Shown: piece after piece, positions 55,864-64,000 of the stretch
Layout of the letters: every line of letters starts with the position of its first letter
Numbering within the stretch: the stretch's first letter is position 1
Notes under the pieces: model-generated
What the model was told of the DNA's origin: nothing
Databases searched by the model: none
What the model saw: the letters and a program-made list of their open reading frames with translations, nothing else
Position numbers and translations under genes: made by a program
DNA from: an uncultured Pseudobdellovibrionaceae bacterium
Lineage (GTDB): Bacteria; Bdellovibrionota; Bdellovibrionia; Bdellovibrionales; JAGQZY01
Reading direction: 5' to 3'
Assembly (NCBI GenBank): GCA_964579625.1
Contig: CAZOGU010000003.1
Location: 4,995-68,994, forward strand
Length of the DNA: 64,000 nucleotides

Positions 55864-56742
55864 ATGTCTTTGGAAGTCAATCAGCTCTGTAAAACATTTC
55901 GCGATAAGCTCACTTTACAAAAACGCCAGGTTTTGTTTGATGTTTCTTTTAAGGTGCCCGCACAAACAGTGACAGGATTTTTAGGCAGCAATGGAGCGGG
56001 CAAAACAACAACGATGAAGACTCTTTTGGGTCTTTTGCAACATGATCGCGGACAAATTTCTTTTTTTAATAACAAATATGCAGACTATCGCGAGCACATT
56101 GGCTACATGCCAGAGAGACCTTACTTCTACGAATATTTGACAGGCAAAGAGTTTCTTTTGTTTTACGGACAACTTTCACTGAAAGAACGTAAATCCGAAA
56201 TTAAAAAAAGAGCGGATCAGCTGTTAGAAAAAGTAGGTCTTGGTCACGCCAAAGATAAACTTTTACGAAACTACTCCAAGGGGATGCTCCAGCGAGTGGG
56301 GTTGGCGCAGGCCATTCTTCATGAGCCCAAGTTTATCATTTTGGACGAACCGATGTCTGGCCTTGATCCCGATGGTCGCTATCAAATCACAGAGTTGATT
56401 AAAGAGTTGGGGCAAAAAGGCACAACGCTCTTTTTTAGCAGCCATTTGCTAGACGATGTCGAAAAACTTTGTGACCGCTTGGTGATCATCGATCGTGGTG
56501 TCATTCTCTTTGAGGGATCAAAAAATGATTTTATGTCCTCCGGCCGAAGTGGATACGAAATTCTTTCGATTCCCAAGGGGCAAACTCAACCCCTGAAAAA
56601 AACGGCCGCCGATTTAAACGAAGTGCAAAAATTCCTTATGGAAATTCAACAGCAATCGGGACTGCTTATTTCCGTGACAGAGTCTCGGGTCACTCTGGAA
56701 GAAGCTTTTGCCCAGTTAAAGAGAGAGAAGAGTTTAACGTGA
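55864..56742 (+). CDS. ABC transporter ATP-binding protein (ABC-2 exporter type)
   Basis: Walker A GSNGAGKTT, signature YSKGMLQR, Walker B IILDEPMSGLD. Confidence 0.9.
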   Translation: MSLEVNQLCKTFRDKLTLQKRQVLFDVSFKVPAQTVTGFLGSNGAGKTTTMKTLLGLLQHDRGQISFFNNKYADYREHIGYMPERPYFYEYLTGKEFLLFYGQLSLKERKSEIKKRADQLLEKVGLGHAKDKLLRNYSKGMLQRVGLAQAILHEPKFIILDEPMSGLDPDGRYQITELIKELGQKGTTLFFSSHLLDDVEKLCDRLVIIDRGVILFEGSKNDFMSSGRSGYEILSIPKGQTQPLKKTAADLNEVQKFLMEIQQQSGLLISVTESRVTLEEAFAQLKREKSLT

Positions 56743-57506
56743 AAAATATTTTTGTGATTTCGCAAAATTCTTTTAAAGAGCTGATTCGTAACCGCGTGCT
56801 CTATGCTTTTTTATTTTTTGCTGTTTTTTTACTCATGCTCATGTTGGCTTTGGGGCAACTGAGTTTTACCGAGCAGTTTCGTCTTTCCATCAGTCTTGGT
56901 TTGGCCAGCATCCATTTGTGCTTGGTAGGTCTCACTATTTTTTTGGGTGGCTCGATCATTTATCGCGAAATCGATCGTCTGACCATCCTCACAGTTCTCG
57001 TTCGGCCACTCTCCAGAGCGCAGTTTTTATTGGGTAAATACTTGGGCTTTTTACAACTTATGCTGGTTTTTAATTTTGGCTTTTTTCTTCTTTATTTTTT
57101 AAGTCTTCAGTTTATGGCATTTAATTTTCTAGTGGAGGATTTGTTCCTTGTTTTCGTAGGCTTTGCTTTAGAAATCATGATTTTACTTGCCGTGACGTTA
57201 TTTTTTTCTACCTTTAGCGCCTCTTTTTTGACGATCATTTTTACCATTTGTTTTTTTATTATTGGCCACTGGTCCGAGGCCCTTGCCAACATGCTTATGA
57301 CAAGTGGTACGAGTCACTATTTGATGGTTGCAAAGTTTGTACATATCGTTCTCCCCAATCTCGAAATATTCAATTGGCGCATCCAACCGCTCGAAGCGTT
57401 TCTCTTGTCTGGATATATATTGCGCTCTGTGGGTGTTTCTCTTTTATGGACACTGACATTTTTGTCGTTATCAGCACTTATTTTTGGAAAGCGTGACCTT
57501 GCTTAA
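56739..57506 (+). CDS. ABC-2-type transporter permease
   Basis: 255 aa, about 6 TM segments, GTGA overlap with the ATPase gene. Confidence 0.75.
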   Translation: MKNIFVISQNSFKELIRNRVLYAFLFFAVFLLMLMLALGQLSFTEQFRLSISLGLASIHLCLVGLTIFLGGSIIYREIDRLTILTVLVRPLSRAQFLLGKYLGFLQLMLVFNFGFFLLYFLSLQFMAFNFLVEDLFLVFVGFALEIMILLAVTLFFSTFSASFLTIIFTICFFIIGHWSEALANMLMTSGTSHYLMVAKFVHIVLPNLEIFNWRIQPLEAFLLSGYILRSVGVSLLWTLTFLSLSALIFGKRDLA

Positions 57507-58290
57507 TTCTGTAGAGTTTTCTACTTTTTCAGCCATTTTCTTTTTTATCTTCGGAGCCATCTGGGGAAGTTTTGCCAACGTTCTTATTTTGCGCCTTCCC
57601 GAAAAGAAAAGTCTTTTACCCGGGAGTGCTTGTACAAAATGTCGCAAACCCATTCGCTGGTTTCATAACATTCCCATTTTCTCGTGGATATTTTTGGGCG
57701 GAAAATGTGCGTATTGCAAAAAGGCCATTTCTCATCAGTATTTTATCGTCGAAGCCGTGATGGCTGTTTTGTTTTGTTTGGCGTTTATGGTCTATGGCTG
57801 GACATTGTTTTTTGTCGAAATGCTTATTTTTATTTTTGCGGCTGTGACCGCTTCGTTTATCGATCTCAAGCACTACATTCTCCCAGATGTTTTCACTCTC
57901 GGTGGACTCTGTATTGGTTTGTTAGGTGCCGCTCTCAATCCCGAAAGATCTTTTTGGGATGCCGTGATTGGATTTGTTGTGGGCGGTGGTTTTCTGTATC
58001 TCACGGCGTATGTTCATTTTCTTATCCGCGGGATCGAGGGGATGGGTGGCGGAGATATTAAGTTGGTGGCTTGGATTGGAGCCGTTTTGGGTTGGCAAAG
58101 TCTACTTTTTGTATTTCTCGTTGCATCGGTCACAGGTTCCATCGTTGGAGTTACATCGGCCAGTGTTTTTAAGCGCAGTCTCAAGGAGCCGATTCCGTTT
58201 GGACCGTTTCTCACGGGAGCCGCACTTATTTACGCATTGGCAGATGGACCTACAATGGTCCAGTGGATGATTCAGATCTCCGCGCCCTAA
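57484..58290 (+). CDS. pilD: Prepilin peptidase / N-methyltransferase (A24 family)
   Basis: CTKCRKPIRWFHNIPIFSWIFLGGKCAYCKKAIS zinc-ribbon-like box. Also GGGDIKL and multi-TM topology. Start (TTG 57484 or GTG 57493) is uncertain. Confidence 0.88.
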   Translation: MESVTLLNSVEFSTFSAIFFFIFGAIWGSFANVLILRLPEKKSLLPGSACTKCRKPIRWFHNIPIFSWIFLGGKCAYCKKAISHQYFIVEAVMAVLFCLAFMVYGWTLFFVEMLIFIFAAVTASFIDLKHYILPDVFTLGGLCIGLLGAALNPERSFWDAVIGFVVGGGFLYLTAYVHFLIRGIEGMGGGDIKLVAWIGAVLGWQSLLFVFLVASVTGSIVGVTSASVFKRSLKEPIPFGPFLTGAALIYALADGPTMVQWMIQISAP

Positions 58291-58310
58291 GGATAGGTTC
58301 TGTCGTCTAG

Positions 58311-58339
58311 TTTGACTTTAGGATAGCCCAATTATTTAA
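58311..58339 (+). promoter_or_regulatory. Candidate sigma-70-like promoter for pilMNOPQ
   Basis: TTGACT - 17 nt - TTTAAT, about 43 nt upstream of the pilM ATG. Sequence match only. Confidence 0.35.
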
Positions 58340-58381
58340 TTTACATTGGACCAAGGTGTATCAACATAAGGTGTTGCAACG

Positions 58382-59419
58382 ATGTTTTTTAAGAAACCTC
58401 TATTAGGGCTCGATCTAGGGTCTAGCTCAGTTAAAATTGCAGACCTCAAGATATCAGGCAAAAAAGCAATCCTGAATGATTTGAGTATGGTCCCAGTTCA
58501 AAAGGGTGCCATCGAAGCGGGTGATATCATCAGCCCAGACATTGTCGCCGGTTCCCTAAAAGCAGTGGCTGATCGCAAAAATTATAAAAATTATCCTGCT
58601 GCGGTTGGAATGTTTGGCGGATCCGTCCTCGTTAAAAAAATCACGATGCCCAAAATGGATCCAAAAATTGTTCATGAACAGCTTCGTTGGGAAGCCGAAC
58701 AATACATTCCCTTCAATATCGACGAATCCGTTTTTGATTTTCATATTATAAACACCTCAAGCAGCGAGACGATGGATGTTCTTCTGGTAGCTGCTCGACA
58801 AGATCATATTTTTCGTTATTTTGAGTCGGTCGAAAGTGCCGGTCTTAAGTGCGCTGTTGTGGACGTGAATGGTTTGGCTCTCGCCAACTGCTTTGAGTTC
58901 AATTACGGAGTCATTCCAGGAGCTGTGGCACTGGTGAATATCGGAGCCAGTGTTACAAATCTTGTTATTATTGATTCTGGAAGTGTGGTGTTCTCGCGCG
59001 ATATTCCTTATGGTGGTCATCTTTACGACACAGAAATTTCGCGCGATCTGGGTGTGGGCATGCAAGAAGCCGAAAGTCTAAAAATCGGGCTTTCGTTTCA
59101 GCAGGAAACTCCTCAAGAAGTTTTAGCTGCCATCAACAACATCAATGACACTTTGGCCATGGAAATCAATAACAGTTTTGATTTTTACAAATCAAGCGGT
59201 GGTTCTCAAGCGGTGGCACAGATTTTTTCTTCAGGCGGAGTGATTCGTACACCAGGCCTCGTCCAAAAAATTCAGGAAGTGACCAATACGTCCTGCACAC
59301 TGTTGGATCCTTTTATTAAAGTCGAAGTGAATCCTCGAAAAATATCACAAGATCTTAAGGAACAAATCCGTTTGTTTTGCCCAGTGGCCATCGGACTTGG
59401 ACTGCGAGGTAGCCGATGA
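58382..59419 (+). CDS. pilM: Type IV pilus assembly protein PilM (actin-like ATPase fold)
   Basis: 345 aa with LGLDLGSSSVKIA N-terminus. First gene of the pilMNOPQ order. Confidence 0.9.
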   Translation: MFFKKPLLGLDLGSSSVKIADLKISGKKAILNDLSMVPVQKGAIEAGDIISPDIVAGSLKAVADRKNYKNYPAAVGMFGGSVLVKKITMPKMDPKIVHEQLRWEAEQYIPFNIDESVFDFHIINTSSSETMDVLLVAARQDHIFRYFESVESAGLKCAVVDVNGLALANCFEFNYGVIPGAVALVNIGASVTNLVIIDSGSVVFSRDIPYGGHLYDTEISRDLGVGMQEAESLKIGLSFQQETPQEVLAAINNINDTLAMEINNSFDFYKSSGGSQAVAQIFSSGGVIRTPGLVQKIQEVTNTSCTLLDPFIKVEVNPRKISQDLKEQIRLFCPVAIGLGLRGSR

Positions 59420-60021
59420 TTCGCATCAATCTAGCCAATGCCCTGATGAGAAGCATGGACTCTGTGGCGAAGCCGACAGTGGCTGTCTCGTCGGCCGACA
59501 ATAAGCAAATGCGTGACAACATCGTCAAAGTTGCGATGATACTTATTCCTGTCGTTGCTTTGATCTTTTACGAAAAAACAAATCTCAGTACAAAACAAAA
59601 AGTGCTAGATGCAGTCATGGTTGAGAAGCAAGCGCTGGACGCAAAACTGGTGCAAGTTGGAAGCGTGGATGATGTGGTCCAGCAGACCAAGCTTCAAAAA
59701 GACGAAGTGGATCGTAAAGTGGGCGTGGTTCGTAAAATTTTTTCTATGCGCAAGCAAAAATTAAATTCAATTTTAGCCCTCCAGACACACATTCCTCGCT
59801 CTGCATGGCTCCGAATATTAGAGTTTAATGCCGACGAAATTAAAATTGGCGGAACGGCAAGCAATACGGAAGATGCGCAAAACTACGCTTCGATCTTATC
59901 TCAAGAAAAAGATTTATTTTTAGAGCTGACAAATAAAGGAATCACAAAGGTAGAAACAATTACTAATGAAGTAAAAGTTGAATCCTTTCAATTTGAATAT
60001 CTTGGAAAGATAAAGGAGTGA
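59416..60021 (+). CDS. pilN: Type IV pilus assembly protein PilN
   Basis: 201 aa with MIRINL N-terminus, a single TM, and position after pilM with ATGA overlap. Confidence 0.8.
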   Translation: MIRINLANALMRSMDSVAKPTVAVSSADNKQMRDNIVKVAMILIPVVALIFYEKTNLSTKQKVLDAVMVEKQALDAKLVQVGSVDDVVQQTKLQKDEVDRKVGVVRKIFSMRKQKLNSILALQTHIPRSAWLRILEFNADEIKIGGTASNTEDAQNYASILSQEKDLFLELTNKGITKVETITNEVKVESFQFEYLGKIKE

Positions 60022-60022
60022 A

Positions 60023-60625
60023 ATGGGTCTCAAAGAAGATTTTCAAGACTTAACTCCCTCCAAGTGTCTGGCCGGCGGCTTACTGCTCGCGGGAGTTTAT
60101 TTTGGATTTTTATTTGATTCGGGAGGCGACCTTGATAAGCAAACAACGGCAACTCAAGGCATGCTTCTCGAAACCAAGAAGCGTTTGGACGAAGTCGAAA
60201 ATGCGCTAGAAGATAAGACCACGTGGGAAGCGAGAGCCACAGCAATTACCAAGGAGCTTGAAGAGCTTCTCAAATTCTTTCCTGCCAATATTAATATCAA
60301 TGATTTTCAAAAAGAAGTGGCGGCGAGCCTTAAAAAAACCAACAACCGCTTGTTAAAGATGCAAGATGAAAAAGTAGAGAGTCGTTTTCCAGGCTATATC
60401 GAACAAGGGATTAAATTGGAATCCGAAGGCGGTTTCCATGAGATTATGGATTTTTTGGCAGCCATCACACAAATGTCGCGCATGATAGATATCAAAAATC
60501 TTAAATTCGAATCCAGTGGATCGACGGATGACATGTCATTGGTCAAAGTAGAAATGACACTAACAATTTTTAGTTATGATTCGACAGCAGCCACTCCGGC
60601 GAAGCCTCCAGGAGCTGGCGGATGA
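60023..60625 (+). CDS. pilO: Type IV pilus assembly protein PilO
   Basis: 200 aa with a single N-terminal TM followed by a coiled coil. Called on synteny. Confidence 0.75.
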   Translation: MGLKEDFQDLTPSKCLAGGLLLAGVYFGFLFDSGGDLDKQTTATQGMLLETKKRLDEVENALEDKTTWEARATAITKELEELLKFFPANININDFQKEVAASLKKTNNRLLKMQDEKVESRFPGYIEQGIKLESEGGFHEIMDFLAAITQMSRMIDIKNLKFESSGSTDDMSLVKVEMTLTIFSYDSTAATPAKPPGAGG

Positions 60626-61179
60626 TGAGAATCCCTATCCTCGTTCTATTCCATTTTCTTTTCTTACAGCAGGGCTGGTCGCAATCGACGCCAGAGATTA
60701 AGTTGCCAAAGGTCGATAGTTCGACATCGGTCGAAGACGCGACCTCTCCTGTGCCTGTTAAAAACACTGGACCAGTGTCTGTGTTTGATGAAGAAGAAGG
60801 AACGCTGGTCAAGCGGCTTACGGCTCCGTTCGAATACGACCGCCAATCCAAACGCGACCCATTTCGTTTGCCTGAAGTGAGTGGCATCGAAATTCCTCTG
60901 GGTGCCTACTTTGGCCCCTTCTTAGAGCTCCAGGAAGTAAAGCTCGACGAAATTAAAATCAAGGCGCTTCTCCTTGATCCGGTAAGACCTAAGGCAGTGA
61001 TTTCCTTTAAAAACTATGAAAATAAATTTGTTAATCGTAAAATATTTATTGGTGATTATGTTGGAGAAAACTTTGGTATCGTCCAAGCCATTCGTGAGGG
61101 GCAGGTTGTGATTGTCCAGACGTTTGTTGAGGGAGATCAAAAATTGACTACGACGAAGACACTAAATATTAGAAAATAG
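60622..61179 (+). CDS. pilP: PilP-like pilus assembly protein
   Basis: 185 aa with a signal peptide, located between pilO and pilQ. No lipobox Cys, so the call rests on synteny. Confidence 0.6.
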   Translation: MMRIPILVLFHFLFLQQGWSQSTPEIKLPKVDSSTSVEDATSPVPVKNTGPVSVFDEEEGTLVKRLTAPFEYDRQSKRDPFRLPEVSGIEIPLGAYFGPFLELQEVKLDEIKIKALLLDPVRPKAVISFKNYENKFVNRKIFIGDYVGENFGIVQAIREGQVVIVQTFVEGDQKLTTTKTLNIRK

Positions 61180-61219
61180 TCAGTAGAAGACACCCAAGCA
61201 AGAAGCATCGGGAGATGAT

Positions 61220-63445
61220 ATGACACGGAAGTTTTTAAACCTCATAACACCATTTCTTTTTTTATCGACCGTTTCTTGTTCGATGATGAGCAATGATGCA
61301 CCCTCAGAGCCCAGCGAAATTGAAGGTGAACTTGCAAGCTTCGAAGACGGTGCCAGTGAAGAGAGTGCGGATGAGACAGAAGATGCGCTTGACGAACTGG
61401 ATGTCGAGACTGCTGAGACAAAGCCAAAGACAACAACGGCCTCAAAAACAGATTCTTTTTCTGATATCGAAAACTTTAACGAAGATTTAATTGAAGGCGA
61501 ACTCTCCGATGAGGACTTCTCAACAGAAGACAGCGCGCCTGTTGCCGGATCGAACCTTTCGCAAATCGAAGAAATTCCAAAAGACGAAGCTGATGAGTTT
61601 TCGGATCTCGACATCGAAACAGCAGCCACAGAGCCAGAGACCACACCACCGCCCGTGGCAGAAGCGACTGTGGTTGAGCCACCACCGGTGTTTGCTCCAG
61701 AAGATGTGGTTGTTGCGGCGACAAACAACATTACGAACTTAGAGTACAAATCCCAAGAGTCTGGTGGTTCGGTTGTGATTTCGGCTGATAAAGCCTTCGA
61801 ATATCAGGTTCGCGAAGAGCCCCAGTTCAATCAGACGATTATCGAAGTTTTGGATGTCAATCTGGGTTCGCGCTTTAAACAGCCATACATCGCAAAAGAT
61901 TTTGGACAAGCAGTCGCAACCATCAATGCGTATCAAGAGCGTGGCTCCAACGTGGCGACGATTGTGATCCAGTATAAAGAAGCGATGAAGCCAACGGTTT
62001 CTATGGCTGGGAACAGTTTGATTGTCAAAAGCAGTGGGATCTCTTCAAGCAAACCTTCTTACACCGCCAGTGCCGATGCCACCGGCGAAAATTCGATCAC
62101 GTCCAGTGTGGTCACTGTTCCTGGCGAAGATCGACGCATCAATATTCAGTTGGATGATATTCTGGTTTCGGATCTCATTAAGCTGATTGCGGATGAAATC
62201 GGATTCAACGTTATCGTTGATGAAGACGTCACGGGAAAAGTGAACAACGTCAAATTGATCGATGTGCCTTGGAAAGAAGCTTTGTCTTCGATTTTAGGAG
62301 CGCAAGGTTTGGCCTATGAACGCAAAGGACAAATCGTTCGCGTTGCAACCGTGGCTAAACTCACAAAAGAATTGAATGCGACCAGAGAGCGCCTCGAAGC
62401 AGAGCAGGGCGCACGAACTGCCGCATCGACTCTTGCCATTAAAGTGGTTCCAGTGAGTTATGCGGACATTACAGCGCTCGTCACTCAAATCCAGCCGGTC
62501 TTAACTCCTGGCAAAGGCAAGGTCACTCCCGATCTTCGCTCAAGCTCGGTTGTGATTTATGATCTCGAAGACAACGTGAAGCGCGCAGAGCAAGTGATTC
62601 GTTCCTTGGATGTGAAGCCCATCCAAGTTCTTGTCGAAGGCCGAATCATCGAAGCGCAAAGTGAGTTCCTCAGACAATTTGGTATCAATTGGAATACGCA
62701 GGCCTCGCCTGGCTCCACAAGTATTTCAGCAAGCGCAGGAACATTTCCAACTCCTGGTCCAGGACTTTTTGGAAATGTGTCCTTTGGAACAGTGGGGGGA
62801 TTGGATTCTTTATCCGCCACGCTCGCCATTTTTGAGTCAGAACAAAAAATTAAGATTCTTTCTTCGCCACGTATCACTACAATCAATAAAGAAAAAGCTA
62901 TGATTTCTCAAAACCAACAAGTGCCATTGAGAACCATCACTGTCACTCAAGGGATCACTCAAGAGACCGTGGCCTTTCGCGATGCCGTTTTAAAAATCGA
63001 AGTCACACCACAGGTGACGTTTAATTCGGACATGATTCTCGATATCAATGTAAAGCGAGATATTCCAGGATCTGATTTTGAAGGTTCACGAGCGATTAAC
63101 ACCCGCGAGGCTCAAGCGAAGGTTCTTGTCAAAGATGGTCAGTCTGTCGTGATGGGCGGGATCTTAAGTATGGATGATCGCATGGTCGAAGCCGGCCTTC
63201 CTTGGTTAAAAGATATTCCGATTTTGGGCTATCTTTTTAAATCAAAGAGAAAAGAAATTGCTAAAAATGAATTGGTGATTTTTTTACAGCCCAAAATTAT
63301 TAACAGTGACTTTATCAATAAAGATTTAGAGTTAAGTGAGCTGGAAAGCGTTACGCCACCTTTGGCGCCACCGCCGTCTCAAAATGAAAAGAGTGAATCA
63401 GAGTTCGAAACAGAAGATCTTGAAACTGAAATGGAGACCCTGTAA
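61220..63445 (+). CDS. pilQ: Type IV pilus secretin PilQ
   Basis: 741 aa. Secretin C-terminal domain (VLVEGRIIEA..., GLPWLKDIPILGYLFK...ELVIFLQPKI). AMIN-like domain lies after a ~150-aa acidic low-complexity region. Confidence 0.92.
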   Translation: MTRKFLNLITPFLFLSTVSCSMMSNDAPSEPSEIEGELASFEDGASEESADETEDALDELDVETAETKPKTTTASKTDSFSDIENFNEDLIEGELSDEDFSTEDSAPVAGSNLSQIEEIPKDEADEFSDLDIETAATEPETTPPPVAEATVVEPPPVFAPEDVVVAATNNITNLEYKSQESGGSVVISADKAFEYQVREEPQFNQTIIEVLDVNLGSRFKQPYIAKDFGQAVATINAYQERGSNVATIVIQYKEAMKPTVSMAGNSLIVKSSGISSSKPSYTASADATGENSITSSVVTVPGEDRRINIQLDDILVSDLIKLIADEIGFNVIVDEDVTGKVNNVKLIDVPWKEALSSILGAQGLAYERKGQIVRVATVAKLTKELNATRERLEAEQGARTAASTLAIKVVPVSYADITALVTQIQPVLTPGKGKVTPDLRSSSVVIYDLEDNVKRAEQVIRSLDVKPIQVLVEGRIIEAQSEFLRQFGINWNTQASPGSTSISASAGTFPTPGPGLFGNVSFGTVGGLDSLSATLAIFESEQKIKILSSPRITTINKEKAMISQNQQVPLRTITVTQGITQETVAFRDAVLKIEVTPQVTFNSDMILDINVKRDIPGSDFEGSRAINTREAQAKVLVKDGQSVVMGGILSMDDRMVEAGLPWLKDIPILGYLFKSKRKEIAKNELVIFLQPKIINSDFINKDLELSELESVTPPLAPPPSQNEKSESEFETEDLETEMETL

Positions 63446-63446
63446 A

Positions 63447-64000
63447 ATGGGAACCATGATAAACAAACTCGGTCTTGCAGTTTTCGCGCTTCTCTTTTGT
63501 GCCACTCTTGTCGGCTGTTCCGAAGAGGATAGCGAAAAGGTCGATATCACCTTCGCCCCAGAAAATCCGCGAGTTCAGTTTTTCGATCAGCCGTTAATTC
63601 TCTACACCTCCACGAGCGGAGATCTTGTGAAAGAAACGATCAAGGCGCCGTGGTTTCGCATAAAAATGAATGTGAATAACGGTTCTGGAAAAAATGTGGT
63701 GATCTCAAATTTTAAATTCAACGTAAAAGGGATTAGCTCATCGCAAGGATTTTCTTCTTCAACAATTCAAGTCACACCATCTGCGCTGTATGTAAATAAG
63801 AATGAGTTGTCCGATGATGATATTACTTACATCGGCGAGAGCGCTGCTGGCGAGGTGAAACTGATTCCAACTGCAAGTGACGTGTCTGATAACGTGGATT
63901 ACATTTATGTTCAGGGGCTTCCTTCCGACGTGACAACAGGCGTATTTAACGTGGAAGTCGAAGCTCAGGGATGGTTTGGCACAACCGTCGCTCCCACAGC
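63447..64000 (+). CDS. Lipoprotein downstream of pilQ (truncated by the window end)
   Basis: Hand translation gives MGTMINKLGLAVFALLFCATLVGCSEED..., a lipobox. The frame stays open to the window end. Confidence 0.6.
   Translation, partial: MGTMINKLGLAVFALLFCATLVGCSEEDSEKVDITFAPENPRVQFFDQPLILYTSTSGDLVKETIKAPWFRIKMNVNNGSGKNVVISNFKFNVKGISSSQGFSSSTIQVTPSALYVNKNELSDDDITYIGESAAGEVKLIPTASDVSDNVDYIYVQGLPSDVTTGVFNVEVEAQGWFGTTVAPT

Noticed and set aside
61180-61749. 189-aa minus-strand ORF (Ser/Gly/Ala/Thr-rich) antisense to the pilQ 5' region.
   Set aside because: It mirrors the acidic low-complexity region of pilQ, since GAA/GAT-rich sense sequence gives Ser-rich antisense. There is no independent support.
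1-64000. tRNA, rRNA, tmRNA and RNase P genes.
   Set aside because: A scan of intergenic regions found no T-loop (GGTTCGAATCC-like) or cloverleaf candidates and no rRNA-like stretches. This was not exhaustive without a covariance tool.

Overview
Gene-dense chromosomal window with about 57 supportable CDSs and no rRNA, tRNA, CRISPR array, transposase or integrase. Gene content suggests a Gram-negative, possibly Bdellovibrio-like organism; that taxonomic guess is inference only. The content includes pilD plus pilMNOPQ, many lipoproteins, PorV/FadL-like barrels and AddAB-type repair genes.

Recognisable genes:
- A dabA-like 5' fragment, a porin-like gene and a SulP transporter.
- recN-nadK, an M3 dipeptidase (dcp-like), a Hanks-type Ser/Thr kinase, coaE, a PLD-family protein and rpsD.
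- AddB/AddA-like helicase-nuclease, an alpha/beta hydrolase, alr, mlaEFD-like genes, purH, a yhaM-like gene, cysE and metK.
- lepA plus two tandem lepB genes, and pyrB-carA-(unknown)-carB.
- An ABC-2 exporter pair, then pilD and pilMNOPQ.

The most unusual signal is non-coding. Seven very long, mostly near-perfect palindromic (foldback) elements of 106-167 bp sit in intergenic gaps; their main stems are 29-57 bp.
- Two of them (11693-11856 and 15245-15405) share an almost identical core. Their arms differ at six positions, and every difference is mirrored in the partner arm.
- The other five are unique in sequence within this window.
- A short motif (TTCGCT..GCTCA..GATGAC-like) recurs at the apex of one palindrome and at four other intergenic sites.

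Second-tier observations:
- Three paralogous PorV-like outer-membrane barrels, two of them paired with paralogous Cys-rich lipoproteins.
- A SulP/porin/DabA-like putative inorganic-carbon cluster.
- An unknown gene translationally coupled between carA and carB.
- A 745-bp gene-poor gap with an orphan terminator.

Many starts were moved downstream of the ORF-track start on RBS or signal-peptide evidence. All functional calls come from motif recognition by eye, not from database searches.
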